From Phoronis australis (Eukaryota > Animalia > Phoronida): a stretch of DNA of 64,000 bases. Below the pieces are notes generated by a model. That model was not told the origin of the DNA. It ran no database searches and worked only from the letters and a program-made list of their open reading frames with translations. A program made the position numbers and the translations under genes. Shown one piece after another: positions 15,001 to 38,982 of this stretch (its first letter is position 1; each line of letters starts with the position of its first letter). The stretch is taken from NCBI GenBank assembly GCA_002633005.1, contig NMRA01000133.1, positions 406,312 to 470,311 of the forward strand. The letters run 5' to 3'.

Positions 15001-15718
15001 AGTTACAGGGAAGAGGTTCATGAGCTATTTTTGAATTTGCAATTTTAGGATTGGCCTACCCCATTACACTGTGAAACGTTGTCTTGAGTTGTTGGTGTTG
15101 TTGATGTTGTTGGTCTTGTTGGTCATGTTGGTCTTGTTGGTGTTGTTGGTCATGTTGGTCTTTTTTGTGTTATTGGTTTTGTTGATGTTCTCGTTGATAA
15201 TGGAAATAGAATCCTACCACGATAAGGAACATTATGAGACTGATATTATGGGACTGATATTATGAGACTGATATCATGAGACTGATATTATGAGACTGAT
15301 ATTAAGAGAGTGATAGCATGAGAGATACTATGAGAGTGATGTTATGAGAGTGGTGTTATGAGACTAATGTTATGAGACTGATGTTATGAGACTGATGTTA
15401 TGAGACTGATGTTATGAGAGTGATGTTATGAGAGTAAAAGGTCTAATTTGATTTATCCTGCTAAACAAGATAGCTTTTCTGCTTTTCAGAAGATATTTGC
15501 TGACTTATGCCAAAGTTTTGTTGATATTTGACTAAATTGCACAGACTTGTTGATAAAGTTATTCATAAGTTGCTCTCCATATCGTGTAGGTTGACAAGTA
15601 TCGAAATGGCAAGAAACGGGTCATCAACTTCTTCATAGGAGAAATTCACAAAGTGACAAGTCGAAGAGCGGAATCGGATGTAGTTGAGCGAATAGTGACA
15701 GAAACTTTACAACGATGA
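1..15718 (+). CDS. GATB: Mitochondrial glutamyl-tRNA(Gln) amidotransferase subunit B (PET112/GatB), 5'-truncated by the window edge. Exons: <1-45, 540-738, 1821-1943, 2121-2237, 4785-4869, 5961-6180, 6500-6630, 10883-11096, 15590-15718
   Basis: The spliced translation gives GatB motifs in order: [110 protein letters not shown], and a C-terminal YqeY-like part ([23 protein letters not shown]). All introns are GT-AG with compatible phases; stop TGA at 15716-15718. Confidence 0.96.
1105..1260 (+). mobile_element. tRNA-derived SINE; related partial copy at ~13455-13560
   Basis: A-box AGCTCAGTGG and B-box GGGTTCAAACCCC in a tRNA-like head followed by a non-tRNA body; the segment GCAGAAAG.CTTGGGTTC..TTCAGACTT recurs at ~13474-13523. 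Confidence 0.65.
1275..1625. mobile_element. Dispersed non-autonomous DNA-transposon-like repeat; related pieces at ~6700-7018 (inverted), ~14640-14900 and ~43100-43600
   Basis: Shared blocks CCACTTTTGCACGAG, TTTTAGAAAACTGTAACAGC.TTTTTGA and ACATGGTCACATGACCCAAT recur in either orientation. Confidence 0.55.
2990..4606 (+). mobile_element. Non-autonomous element with internal ~145-bp tandem core repeats and a GGAC microsatellite (HINE/DINE-1/pearl-like architecture)
   Basis: Repeating CCACTAGRKGGCRC-containing monomers, GGACGGACGGA near 4564 and the terminus ATATGTGGGCGCATAAAA, whose reverse complement opens the copy at 9457. Confidence 0.6.
7017..8157. mobile_element. Non-autonomous TIR element with PIF/Harbinger-like GG(G)CC termini
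   Basis: Left GGCCTGCGACCACCAAATTTTACTC versus right-end reverse complement GGGCCCATAACAACCAAAGTTTACTC; TACTC/GAGTA subterminal repeats at both ends. Confidence 0.5.
9457..10400 (-). mobile_element. Inverted, more decayed copy of the same core-repeat element; further pieces at ~11200-11750 and ~42780-43100
   Basis: Begins TTTTATGCGCCCACATAT and contains repeated CTGTATCTTCAGAGTTCCT, GAAATTTGGC and CCTAGTGGC-type blocks complementary to the 2990-4606 monomers. Confidence 0.55.
13586..13673. repeat. Perfect 31-bp inverted repeat with a 13-nt loop and a downstream copy of the loop
   Basis: ATTGATACATGTCCACTGATGAGACTCATAA - TTTGTTCTAAACT - TTATGAGTCTCATCAGTGGACATGTATCAAT; AATTTGTTCTAAACTT then occurs again. 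Confidence 0.9.
15088..15435. repeat. Adjacent minisatellites: a 9-bp (GTTGGTCTT-like) array, then a 15-bp (TTATGAGACTGATRT) array of ~13 copies
   Basis: Directly visible tandem units at ~15088-15190 and ~15232-15435. Confidence 0.9.
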
Positions 15719-15827
15719 TTGATTGAATAGGAAATTAATTCCGTTAGCATTGCCTATTAACCTCACTTCAAGTTGGCAGCTCGTGGGAGTGCAGTTGTTC
15801 TGAAAATAACAATAGTTAGGATCATGT

Positions 15828-16238
15828 GCCCGGTTGCATGAAACAGTACCAAATAGGGACTCAACTAAGTTCCCTAAATTTACTGTGTATCTGTGGACTC
15901 TTGAAAACGCCAATATTGTCTTTTCTGATATTGTTTTAGGTTCTTTACTAAGTCTTTGGCTTTGATACAAATCAAGAGTGAAGTCCAGTATTGAAAATAA
16001 ATGGGATCTTTTCATGCAATGCCCCCAGTTTAAGGACTAAGTCCCTATTTATTTTCATTGAACTCGGGACTCAGTTTTTAGTTATTTTAGTAGAAAATGT
16101 CATTAGTCAAAAAGGAGCTCATAATGAAGATGAAATGGTAGAAAAAAAGTTAGATCTGTGACTGAAAAGACACATGTATGCAAACTATATAGGTAACTTC
16201 GGTGAGTCCCTACTTGGGACTGTTTTATGCAACTGGGC
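15828..16238. mobile_element. MITE (~410 bp) just downstream of the GATB stop codon
   Basis: ~36-bp TIR: GCCCGGTTGCATGAAACAGTACCAAATAGGGACTCA / TGAGTCCCTACTTGGGACTGTTTTATGCAACTGGGC. Confidence 0.7.
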
Positions 16239-17595
16239 ATTGGGGTTACATTGTGCCTGTTTATTTTTGGCATAGGAATGCACCTGTAAACCAGTATATC
16301 TACTCTATGGTCACCAAAGGAAGGACCCCATTTATTGGGAGTTTTGGTGAATTTTAAGTCAAAAATTGAAATTTTTGTAGAGAATGTGGCTGCGAAAAAT
16401 CCACCCGAGTGGGGCATGCTTGTATTCATCTGGGTGTACCCACTGGTTAGAATCTGTTATACACTTGTGAGTCAGCTTGTTAAGGTGCCTCGAGATAACA
16501 ATCAATGGAAGTCGGTGACTTTGACATTATTATTATTATGTTAGAGTAGCGGGTTATTGAGTAACACTAAAGTCAATAACACTAAGATACAGATTTCTGC
16601 TCTCTGGCCATTGTGTAAGAGATTCATTTCTTTAGGAAACGGAAATTCTGTCTTTTGGAATCTTTTTATTACCTGCCACAAACGGAGGTGTAAGTGCAGC
16701 ATAATTCTTTGTCAAATAATTGTCGTGTAATTTAACATGCGCCTGTATTCTATATTTTATTTGCTCATGTGCATGTATAATTGAAGAGGCCTATTGTTGA
16801 GTCGTGTGTAAGTTTCAGCAGACGTGCAGTGAGCAAGGCACTTTGAGCCAATGCGTCATATTGTACAGACACTGAGAGATGTAATTCAACTTGGAATGGT
16901 GAAATGGAACTTAGAACGTGTCAAAATGGAGCTTTGTTTGTGCCCATTCCAAAATAAAATTTCTTATTTTCCGAACGACGCTCAACTACAAGGGGGTTGT
17001 GTAGGGGGTGTTGTTTGTGATTTTGATATTGGTAAATTTTCTGAAATTTTTGTATTGAAATGGAGATTTTATTTTGAGAATTGGTTGTCGAATATAAGTC
17101 TGATATCCTAAAAGCATACTGCAAATTTGCAGTAAATAGGCAGACGATTTCAAGTGCAGAGTGTCAAAGTTATTGGCAGGTGCCTCGGGAGTTTGATTTA
17201 AAGGTTTTTCCCAAGTTTTAAGCTGGTAAATTTGTCCCTGGATATATGGCTCGTATGTGTTCAAGCAGCTGGTTTTATTGTGGTGAAAATAGACTGGTGC
17301 ATTCAAATCTCATAGCACTGCATCAAGTTTCTGCCAGATTTGTGGCATTGTTTCACTATAAATTGATGGCTAAGCAATTTCTTTTCAAAAACTTGCAAAG
17401 GCATCAAATCTTTAGAAAATTCAACTGGTGCACACATGTTCCCACCATATATTTCTGCATAGAGTTTTGGCACGAAAATGAAAAAAAAAAACAATATGGT
17501 ACCTTTTCCGTCTCAACAAGACATCAAACGTCCACACTGAACTGATTGGTCATAAAAAGTCAACAGGAACCCATCTCATGGTTACACAATTCATT

Positions 17596-17601
17596 TTTAT
17601 T
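17596..17601 (-). terminator. Probable LONRF polyadenylation signal (implies a ~2.4 kb 3' UTR)
   Basis: AATAAA on the minus strand (TTTATT on +) at the end of a long minus-strand T-rich tract after the stop; other AATAAA candidates exist closer to the stop. Confidence 0.35.
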
Positions 17602-20009
17602 TCATCATCAACATAAGAACAATTTGTCATGTATTAATACCAAGAAACATTATTACATTAAACAACATAACCTAAAAGACCTCTTCAATTTGAAACGGAA
17701 TAAATTGTTAAATTTTCACAATTCTCAATTTGAAGTGACCAAACATTGCCTCATGAACACAGCCAAACAATTGGAAAAATTTTCGAAATTCTTTATTGTA
17801 CTTCAAAATTACATATGGAGTGTGCTACCAGAACGTACATCCAGAAAAATAAAGCTGGTACCCGAAACTCTCATGTTAAGCATTTCTGTCATCAAGCGGC
17901 CTTAACTCCTTCAAAATGTGAATGCCTGCCCAGTTTAAAAAACGTTAATTTACAGAGTCAACAAGTAATTATCCTGAACACTAATCATAAATAAATAATC
18001 ACAGACCAGACAATATTGTGCTCACTACATACATATCTGCAGTGTCACGTTTGCTGAAGTGAACACAACATGATATCCTAGAAAATATAAATACTACGCC
18101 TCAAAATGAGTTTCAACAACACGATAATTCGTATGAAAATCCGCAACCTGCAACACCTCCATAATTTACATAGATTATGATAATGTAGTAATACAGTTTT
18201 TCTATTCATGTATCAAAGTACTTCTTCAACATCAGCTGCACAAAAACAAAACAAAACACTTGTACATGTAACCTCAACTATGAATGCCCTGACTGATCAC
18301 GATCACTATGGCGACCAACGTCTGTCATCATACTAGGTTCATTTTCTTTCACAATCACTCATAAAACAGCCTACACAAACTTATTAGATACTATCTTAAT
18401 TGGTAACAGATTTATTAAATGCTAACAACACAAATAACGTTTCTCCATAACTATGAGTGTGCCCTAGAATTCCACACTACTGTGCTGTGATAACACTCAT
18501 ACAGAGATTGCGTTTCACAATAAATAACAAATTCAGCACTATCGCGGTGCGATATCATTTTAAAACCAATTCAGTTGCACTTCCAACTATAAAGATAAAC
18601 AAGAAGTTACTAGTAACTAGAGAAAGTTCATTATACGAGAACTGAGTAGGTGTGCCATTCAGGTATTTTCAGCACCACCCTCAATTCGCATAAGATACAT
18701 ACAGAGATTTAAAGCTGTGGGGATTTTGCTTTCTTTTCAATCTTTCCAGTCATCATGCCAATTAGATGACATTCTGAAATGATTTGAGCCAAGAAGTGGA
18801 GCGGTTGTAGGAAGACTCTAAGACATTGTCAGATTTGAGGAATTTTATAGCCAAAATTACCCTTTTCGGCCAGTCCTCTGCCTGTCACATTAAGTTTTTA
18901 GACAGGCTCAGATAATCTGAGAATGAACTTAGTATGACAGATTCTAAAAAATAATAATAACAAGTACACATAATATAAACATAATATAAACCTTTAGTCC
19001 CGTCCACGCACAGACTTTCCCTAGTGCACTAGTGCAACTTGCCCCACTTAAAGAGGAGCGTACATACGCACATATCCGATAACTAGACCAAGGCCAAAGT
19101 TGTCACTCTGTGCATGACAGTAACAGCTGATGAGAATACAGCGCCCAAAAGAAGATCTGGCTACATATAACTGCAACAGATACTTTCTTCCCCCTTGCCC
19201 CAAGTTTGAGGCCACACAGAGAAGTGACATCAGTGACCCTAGAACAAGTTACCTTTTCTTGATAAGGTGGACTAAGTTGTCACAAGTGGGGCAAAGTGCA
19301 CCCGTTTAAAATGGAGTCCCCGCAGCTCCCAAACCTAGCGACAACTCGTTCCAGGAGTAACTAGTTCTAGGGTAACAGTAGTGTGTTCATGCGAAACTTT
19401 TGATATATTACATTGAATACAGAAAACTACCTCTGACAGAATATTATAAGATGAATACACTAGAAATCACAGGTTCTGTTTAATACTTAAAGCTAACTTA
19501 ATTACTTTTTCTTCCACCAGCTACAGTTCACATCAAACTGAAAAATTTTAACCCCCACATTTCCATTACAGATTGCACAAGTGAGGTTCATTGCTGAGCC
19601 ATTTAGAATTGGCTAGGGCAAGCACAGTGATGTCACACTCTGGCCTTTGACCCAGCCTCCATTGACGAATCAGAAATGATAATTAGCCTCAATGGTATCA
19701 CCAATAAGTTGAAATTGTCTTATTTGCTTAACTTCTAGAATCTTCCTAAGATAGGATTCTGGCAGATTCAACAAACTTTAGTTCAGTGAGTACATTTGAA
19801 CGACTGAGTAGAAGACTATTGAATTATTGCATTGATCTTTTTATGATCAAAGACACGGAGACCTTCCAATCTTAAAAACCATCAAGTTACTGTCCAATTC
19901 CTTCGAATATTCACAAAATAAAAATGACAGCAACCTATAGCTGCAGCTAAACAAAACCAAGAATGCATCATTACTGAACGGATAACAAATCCACCGAGAT
20001 GTCGGTCAA

Positions 20010-31383
<11,374 letters not shown>

Positions 31384-31397
31384 GATCCACAGTTCAC

Positions 31398-31561
31398 TGA
31401 CTCATTGCTAACAAATCTTTACTTTAAGGTCCAACAGTTCATCACTCAGAGAGTTACATAAAGACACGTGACTGGCAACCTGTCCTCCTATTGGCTAGTT
31501 CAGCGAGCTCTTTCTTCTTTCAGTGTTTCATTGCAACCTGTACCTAAAAATAGTTACGTAA
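31398..31561 (-). promoter_or_regulatory. LONRF proximal promoter/5' region with two D-boxes, an E-box, a CCAAT box and an AP-1 site
   Basis: TGACTCA 31398-31404, GTTACATAA 31453-31461, CACGTG 31465-31470, ATTGG at 31490, GTTACGTAA 31553-31561; all within 180 bp upstream of the ATG. Confidence 0.55.
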
Positions 31562-34234
31562 AGCAAAGGTTGTCCTATCCGAAATAATGAAACCATCGCG
31601 AGTCATTGTTCATTGCTTGTGCCGTTCCGGCACTGACTTAAAATGATATAATGGTCCCCAGCTTTATTCGATAGAGTTTAGTAGTGCCAGTAAAGAAAAA
31701 CAAATCGGATACAGTAGTCAGGTACCGTGCGGGTGAAGACAACACCTCTTGGCCATCATAAATGCACATTGCAGTTGAACGTGTTTTCTCCTAACTAAAC
31801 GGAATCCTCAACAAAATGCGATCTATATGAATATATTTATTATAGCCCTAATGACTGGGGTATAGTCTTGAAAAGCGGAAACTAGCTGAACAGAAAAAAC
31901 GATAAATTATATTTTTAGTTGTCATCTTACTTGATTGGCACATCGCTTTTTGGAGTTCGTCTTAACTCGAGTTTCGGAATTTTCAAAGTGAGCATATTAC
32001 AATAGTGCCAATGAAAGCAAGCACAAAGGCGCATGCGCCTTCTTCAGTTTAGCCCCATGCACAGATATCAGAACTTTAATGCAATTTTCCGGAAAATTGC
32101 TCGAGTGTTTCGCACAAAGGCTCATGAATTTCTTCACTCATAGGTGCACTGGCTGCTGTCTTTTGCTTATTCTGAATTTTTATTTGCATAGTTAATATCA
32201 AATTGAAAGCGTGCGGATATTATAGCGCGCGTTTAGGCCATGCACCCATAAGTTAAGCTGCACCTATATCCAGACCTAGGCACTAGTGGCCGGGCTGCAT
32301 GAAATTCACTTGAGTAACAAACAAATCCCAAAAAATATTGAGCGAGCAAATTATAACTCATTCGTTGCAAAACGGTCGACAATGACGGGTATTCGTTTGA
32401 AAAATATTATTAAAAGACAAGAGGAAAGAATAGACAAAAACACACAAATCAAACACCCAGTCACCAGCGCATATAGCTTAACTGAAGTTTTGGGGGTGCA
32501 TCTATGTGAACACTAAAAAAAGACATTATTTCGGCTACAGACACATGGCCTCAATATGTGCACTGATGCGATAGACGACAACATAATCGTCATCGGCACA
32601 CCGCCAATTAAACCAACCCGGGGCAACCGCACATGTGAGGTAACATAAAGATAAACAAAAAAGAACATTACTTGCTCTATCTCGATTTTTGAACCTTGAG
32701 TGCATAGACCTACCGCTGCATACATACACCCATGCAGACGATATAGTTGATCGGTAACACGGCAAACAATCATTGATTTTTCAATTTATACATTTCAACA
32801 TGCAAAGTACTATTTTATCATTAGAAACAACAGCTCATATGAAGCAAGAAAAATTTCTACATGAAAGTTACCCGAGTGAGTTTTCACCACACGAAAACCT
32901 TGGCGGCACCCTTACTTCATTCGAATGCAGCCAAAATGTAGCCAACAATGTTCGATAGCAGTGAGATCGAAATTCCATTTGGGCCTTCAAATCACTGATA
33001 TATATCCAATAGCAACTTACATAAATCGCGCCGTTAGAAGCTTTACATAAATGTTATATCTGCACTGTAATCCTGCTGTGCGTGAATGTCATGCACTATT
33101 GTCAATAAACATGTATGTTATATAAAAAGTACATTTATTTCGAAAAACCACGAAAGATATATAACATATGAGCAATGCAGTCGAAGGTAAAACGAAACAC
33201 GTATTTGACAACATGATGAAAAGCAGACAGCGTTGGACTCGATGAGAGCGGTAGACAAGGAGTTGAAGTTGTTTGCATAACGCTAAGGCAGGTGGTTTGG
33301 AACAGATAGGCGCCTTCTGGTTTTATCGTTTGAACAAAAGGCGCTATCTTGGAATTACCTACGAAAAATCGCACAAAAATTGTAGATTTACCCCATTTAT
33401 TTCATGGGCAAGCGGAATTTTCATATCAAAGCTCCAGTACCAGGACTATACGTGAGGCAAATCACAATAAATAATGGTTATCCCTTCGTTTATAGGTCAG
33501 CATCGGTGCCACCTACGTTAAAATAGAGGACAACTAAGATATAAAAGGTCTGAGGTCCGAAGTCAGTAATTTGACTGAGATGCCCTCGTCGGCCGGGGCT
33601 TACCCCCATCGTCACAGTCAAGCCTCCTCGGTCGACACAGCTTTCAAGGGCGAAGTGCCCGTCACTAAGCCTGGTTACCTAACTGACGAATAATACGAAG
33701 CTGACGCCATGTCATCATGCCATCCACAGCTGGATGAAGTTCCATCAGTAACTCTAGGATCTCGCTAAAATACAGCCAAAATCACGTGTTCTCGTTTAAA
33801 ATACCCGGCAATATCTCAGGTAAACTCACAGTCCTTGTTTTCAGCGAGGTCCTAGCGTTACTGAACTCGAGACTGGTTCTCAAAACGTTTTCAGTTCCTT
33901 TTGCGAGTGAAGACGTCCGAAAGATCATCGGCCTAATAGAAATAGTCGGTAATACCTGGAAAGTCAGCGCTGATAATGCCTCAGTGGTAATACTTAAAAT
34001 TGTCTCACTGTTTAATTCTGATTTTTCCGCACAATGAACTCGAATAACGTGGCCGAATAAGTCAAGGTTCTTATTTGAACACATTCTGATTAAACCCTGA
34101 TCCAGATTTGACTTGCTTGAGGTGAACTCAATTTTCAAAGAATTCAAATAATGTAATTCAATCTTGCATACACTCAAAACCCGCCGAAACACTACATCCG
34201 AGTAGGATGATAAAGCATAAACAAATGAAAACGA

Positions 34235-34283
34235 ACACACACACAAACACACNCACACACACACACACACACAAACAAACAAA
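34235..34283. repeat. (CA)n/(CAAA)n microsatellite containing an N
   Basis: Directly visible. Confidence 0.9.
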
Positions 34284-35195
34284 CATAGAGATGCCATAAC
34301 TGTTGTGTGGAAATTTTGGAAATGGTCCGTAATAAATAAATGATTGCGCAGACAATATCAATTAGAGAAATATCTAAGTCTATATTGAGTCATGTCTATG
34401 GTAACCATAAAGTAGAAATTGAGTAATAATTACAAAATGGTGGCAATATTCAAATATTAAAATAGTTGAATCAAGGACATGAAAGGATTTGCACATTAAA
34501 AATACAACATACTTTGATTTTACATTGTAAACAATACCTTGAAAGCATTAAAATTGTCGCTTTACAGGGATTTTTGGGATAGACCTTTAGCTTTGATCAG
34601 AGGCACAAAACAAGAAATTCCGTAGTGTTTTTGTGATTTTATTACAAATCGCCACTTCTTGCAATTTCTCGCTAAATTCGCTGATGAAATACTCGCATAT
34701 ATCGAGTGCGGCATGATGCTTGATTACAAAGGAGAAAGATCTCGAACGGTTCGAATCCGCGTTGGGGCTGATTTCCGCAGCACTTTTCTGGCCGGTTATG
34801 TCACTTCGAGGAGCCACACACGATGAGACGAGATGCACTTGCAAATTTCCCCTCTCCCCTCTCTCTTCCCTCCCTCCCCCCGTTACCCCCGCAAACTCTT
34901 CTGAAAATCCAGGTACGACTGCACTAGCTGCTCAACCTATTTATTGGATTGAATCGGAGATCCTCTAAACTAATCAAGTGGAAACGTAATCAGCGTTGTA
35001 TAAGTCAACGTCTTCCGGAAGCCATTTTAAGGTTTCGGTTAATAGCTCCTTGATTCTTAAAAATTGAGGACCAAATGGGCTGAAAAACACCGAGATTATT
35101 TTTTCGAAATTTTTAAGCTTAATTTATGAATTAGATGGGCCTGAGGTTTTGCCACTGTTAGGAATCAGATAAGATAAAGCTTAATCAAGCCTCAA

Positions 35196-35457
35196 CATGA
35201 GCGCACCCAGGGGGGCTCGGGGGGCTCGAACGAGCCTCGCATTTGGCGAAATGGATAAAAAGGTCCGCCTCAGAGAAACAAAAAGTCCGAGAAAACGAGA
35301 CAAAAGTCCACTAAAAAGGCGCAGACGCACAGTTCACAGACCTGAAGGTGGTACCCCGTTTTTTATTTTTTTTAGTCCTCCCGCTTTTTGTTAGCAAAAA
35401 TTCCACTTTGTCAGAGATTCGAGCCCTCCCCTGTATTAAAGGCTGGGTGCACGCATG
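35196..35457 (+). mobile_element. MITE copy 1 (CATG..CATG termini, ~260 bp)
   Basis: TIR CATGAGCGCACCCAG / CTGGGTGCACGCATG; flanks CTCAA / TTCAA; highly similar to 35832-36076. Confidence 0.8.
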
Positions 35458-35831
35458 TTCAAGAGCACGATAGATGTCTCTTGAGGGGACTATTGAAGGC
35501 TTGGGGCCCTGACCCTTGCGACAAGCCACTGTCCAAGTGTGGTAGGATGCATCGATTTTTATAGGGATGTGTGCAAAAGGTGAAGCCGAAAAATTCCCTA
35601 ATTACCAATAACAACGTCGAAGACATCAGCGACCGAACAAGAAAATGCCTCAAAATTTATTTAGGCCAACTCTAAAATTGGAAGATGGCGCGTACACGTT
35701 CGCTATGACTTGAGTAGAAATGGAATCCTATGGCGGTTTCATGAAAGTAAAAGATTTATTTCCATCTTCCTTTTTAGTCAGCTAAACAGAGCGAAACATT
35801 CCGTGCAGTATCCAGGGTATACTACACGCTT

Positions 35832-36076
35832 CATGCGCGCACCCAGGGAGGGAGGGCTCGGGAGGCTCGAACGAGCCCCTCATTTGGTGAAGTGGACAAA
35901 AAGGTCCGCCTCAGAGAATCAAAAAGTCCAAGAAAACGAGACAAAAAGTTCACTAAAAAGGCGCAAACGCTCTAGACGTGGTACCCCGTTTTTTGTTCTT
36001 CGGCTTTTTTGTCGGGAAAAAGTCCACATCATCTGAAATTCGAGCCCCCCCATATTAAAGGCTGGGTGCGCGCATG
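35832..36076 (+). mobile_element. MITE copy 2 with a perfect 15-bp TIR and a 5-bp target-site duplication
   Basis: CATGCGCGCACCCAG / CTGGGTGCGCGCATG, flanked by CGCTT on both sides. Confidence 0.85.
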
Positions 36077-36400
36077 CGCTTAGCATCAGAAAGCCATTAT
36101 CTAGGAAACGCCAAAGGATTCTAAACGAGAACCTTTCTGCGCCGTGAAATGTTCTTCACCGCTCAGTATCGCTTAATCAACGCGCTGAATTAGTTATTCA
36201 ACGCGCTGAATTGCTTCTCAAACGGTAACCGTTCTGTCAATTAAAGAACAGAGCGACAACAAATCACTGCGCACTGTTGCTTAAGGTATTTTCAGTACAA
36301 AATTGTACGTCGTATTTTAACAATAAATGTCTGTGAACCTTGTTCACCAGGTTGTATCTTAAATTCTGTTAACTCTAACCCCTACAAAGTATATATTTTC

Positions 36401-36872
36401 TGAAAGGTGAATAAATTTCCTAACAAAATTTATTATTCTTATTTAGTTGTCTTTATTTTTTCACGAGATATGGAGTTTTTAGTAAATGTTTTCTTTTGAC
36501 TTGGAACAGAGATCTTAAAAATATTGTTCCTTCAATCATACTGATCTTTTATCAACGTGTTGATGACATTTTTGAGGGAACTGTGTCTCAGATTTTAAAA
36601 AAAAGGTCTTAGTGTTTTAATTATCAACTTTTTAGGGCATTTTGAGCAAAAACGGCCGTACTCTCTGTTCTGAAAAACTAAGACCTATTTCAAACATCTG
36701 AGACGCGGTTCCCTCGAAAATGCCGTTATCAACATGTTGACGAAAGACAAATATGATTACAGGAACAATATTTTTATAATCTCCGTTGAAAGTCATTTTT
36801 TTACTAAAAACGAATATCTCATGAAAAAATAAAGACAAGTAAATTTTGTTAGGAAATTTATTCACCTTTTCA
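36401..36872. mobile_element. Foldback/MITE: long imperfect palindrome with ~210-bp arms
   Basis: AAAGGTGAATAAATTTCCTAACAAAATTT..TTGTCTTTATTTTTTCA..GAGGGAAC..GTCTCAGAT..AGGTCTTAG is mirrored in reverse complement at ~36675-36872. Confidence 0.75.
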
Positions 36873-38976
36873 AAATTCCCTAACAGCTGATGTCCCTAGT
36901 TTTGAAAAACTATAAAAATATAGAATTTACTAATAATATAGAATTTACTATTAGCAAAATCAACGGCATATAAGAAAACACAACGAAAAATGGAACTTAG
37001 TGCAATTAAAACGCTCGTAAATGCATATGTATATTTGTATTACAAATATTAGTTTGCCACAATATATGTTTGAAAAACCCTATTCACAGATATTTTCTAA
37101 TTAAATACCAATCAATTTCATACTTAATTGATCTCTCTTCTAAATAAAGGATATGCTTGTTCACCAATAGGTCTTGGTTAATTTTTTTACAAGTTGTAAT
37201 AGTAAGACTAATAGTTTAGATTAGTGTTGGTATATTTTTAACATTAAACCTGTAAAATAATCTTGATGCGGGCTCTCAGTCATAGCTGTTACTCAGAAAT
37301 AGGACATTTTTTTTTTATTTACAATCTTAGAAGAGGGTGGTAACTTCAAACAAGTACACTGTACTTCAGTTACCTTTTCCAAATGCATAGAAACTGTATC
37401 TTTGTCAAGTAATCTTACATGTATTTGAGTGTATTTTTGGAAATAAATCATATCACATCTTAGTCTTTTCCGACTAACGAGGCATACAATTGTTGGACCA
37501 CGTTTGTACTAAAATAAGAATTTCGTGCTCTCAAGTCCAAAGTTTATGAAAGACTTCGAAAATATGCAAAAAACGACACCCTATTCAAACTTTTGGTAGA
37601 GGAAACGATAGGCTAAAAATAAGAAATCAATAAAAAAGCCACTAATAATACATTTTCGGCATGTAGATTTCCAATATGGCCGAAAGGGCCACGTAGGACA
37701 AAATCTTGAACGTACAAAAATGGTTAAATACATATCACGAGGACAACTTGTTGCATGTTATAGTCTATTAATCATCGGCTGCCGTGTAATCGTATGAATT
37801 AGATGCTGAACTGACGTGTTCCAAAATCTCTGCCACGGACATCATTTATCTGGGCCCACACTCGCCCGAGAAGAAAGGTGCCAGAACCTTTTTGAAGGGG
37901 AATTTTGCTGCGTTTGTACTAGGAGGGGAATTTTCGCACCGTTTTTAATAACTAAGACTGGTAATTAAGAGGGTGATTTTTTGTGAGATTTATTTGTTGC
38001 ATTGCTTTTTATGATAATGTTACATATAATTGATCAATTAGAGGTCAATTTTTGAAGGATAGTTAGAGGGGAAGGGAGCCGATTCGGTCCCAATATCGAA
38101 GGCCCCGTTTATTTCAGAGAAGTGCATTATTTGCTCTGTATAGTTTACGTTGTTTGGAAAAGTACACAGCAGCTCACCAAGTAAAGAGCGCAGACCGCCG
38201 ATAAACAGTCACAGCACACTCAAACGTTCAGTAATCACAAAAACAGACTTATCTTTACGAACCCTTTGCAATTGCATCACCCAAAACCGGCAAACTGGAC
38301 TCCGGCCGCGTGCCGGAAATATAGACCGCGGGCGCAGAGACCTGACGACATTATTATCGACTTTCTACGCATTGTTTGTAATATACAAGGTTTCTTTCCA
38401 GAAGCCTGGCTATCGTTTACTTTGACCCAACCTTTAGGAAAAAGAAGAATGGCGTCTTGATTTAGGTTTTCAACAAATTGCTAAAAAATATGACGGTGAA
38501 TAAAACCACGTGGAAGAAAATTTCGACTACGGAAAAACTAAAGTCGTTGAGTACATGCTATGACGATTTCAAAAATGTATCCCAGTCATTTAAAAACATA
38601 TGGCCTATCCTTGAATGAATGGTTCCCCTCGTCCAACTCGATTAGGCTATAAACGCATACTAGTAAGACAGAACTGTTCTGTACTCAGCCTACCCACGCC
38701 GCGTACAAACGAGAATCGGCATGAAACTCAACTTATTCGACTGGGACTGGGCTAGGCTAAATAATGCATTTTTAAAATTCACCCAAAGATACTTTCTTGT
38801 AACAATCATATTATTTTGATGAGCAAGAGCCCCACAAAAGTATAATGGTGAGGTATGCCAAGCATAATCGACACATCTGCATTACCATAAAAAGTTGTAT
38901 TTTTTCATGAAAAAGCTGCTAACAACCGCTGATGTATTTGAGATGAAATGTGTGTGACTTGTTCAACTTTACAAAT

Positions 38977-38982
38977 TTTATT
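38977..38982 (-). terminator. Probable GTPBP8 polyadenylation signal
   Basis: AATAAA on the minus strand about 370 nt after the stop codon. Confidence 0.4.

Noticed and set aside
15071-15265. Hydrophobic 64-aa ORF resembling a membrane peptide
   Set aside because: It is the translation of a 9-bp GTT-rich minisatellite inside a GATB intron.
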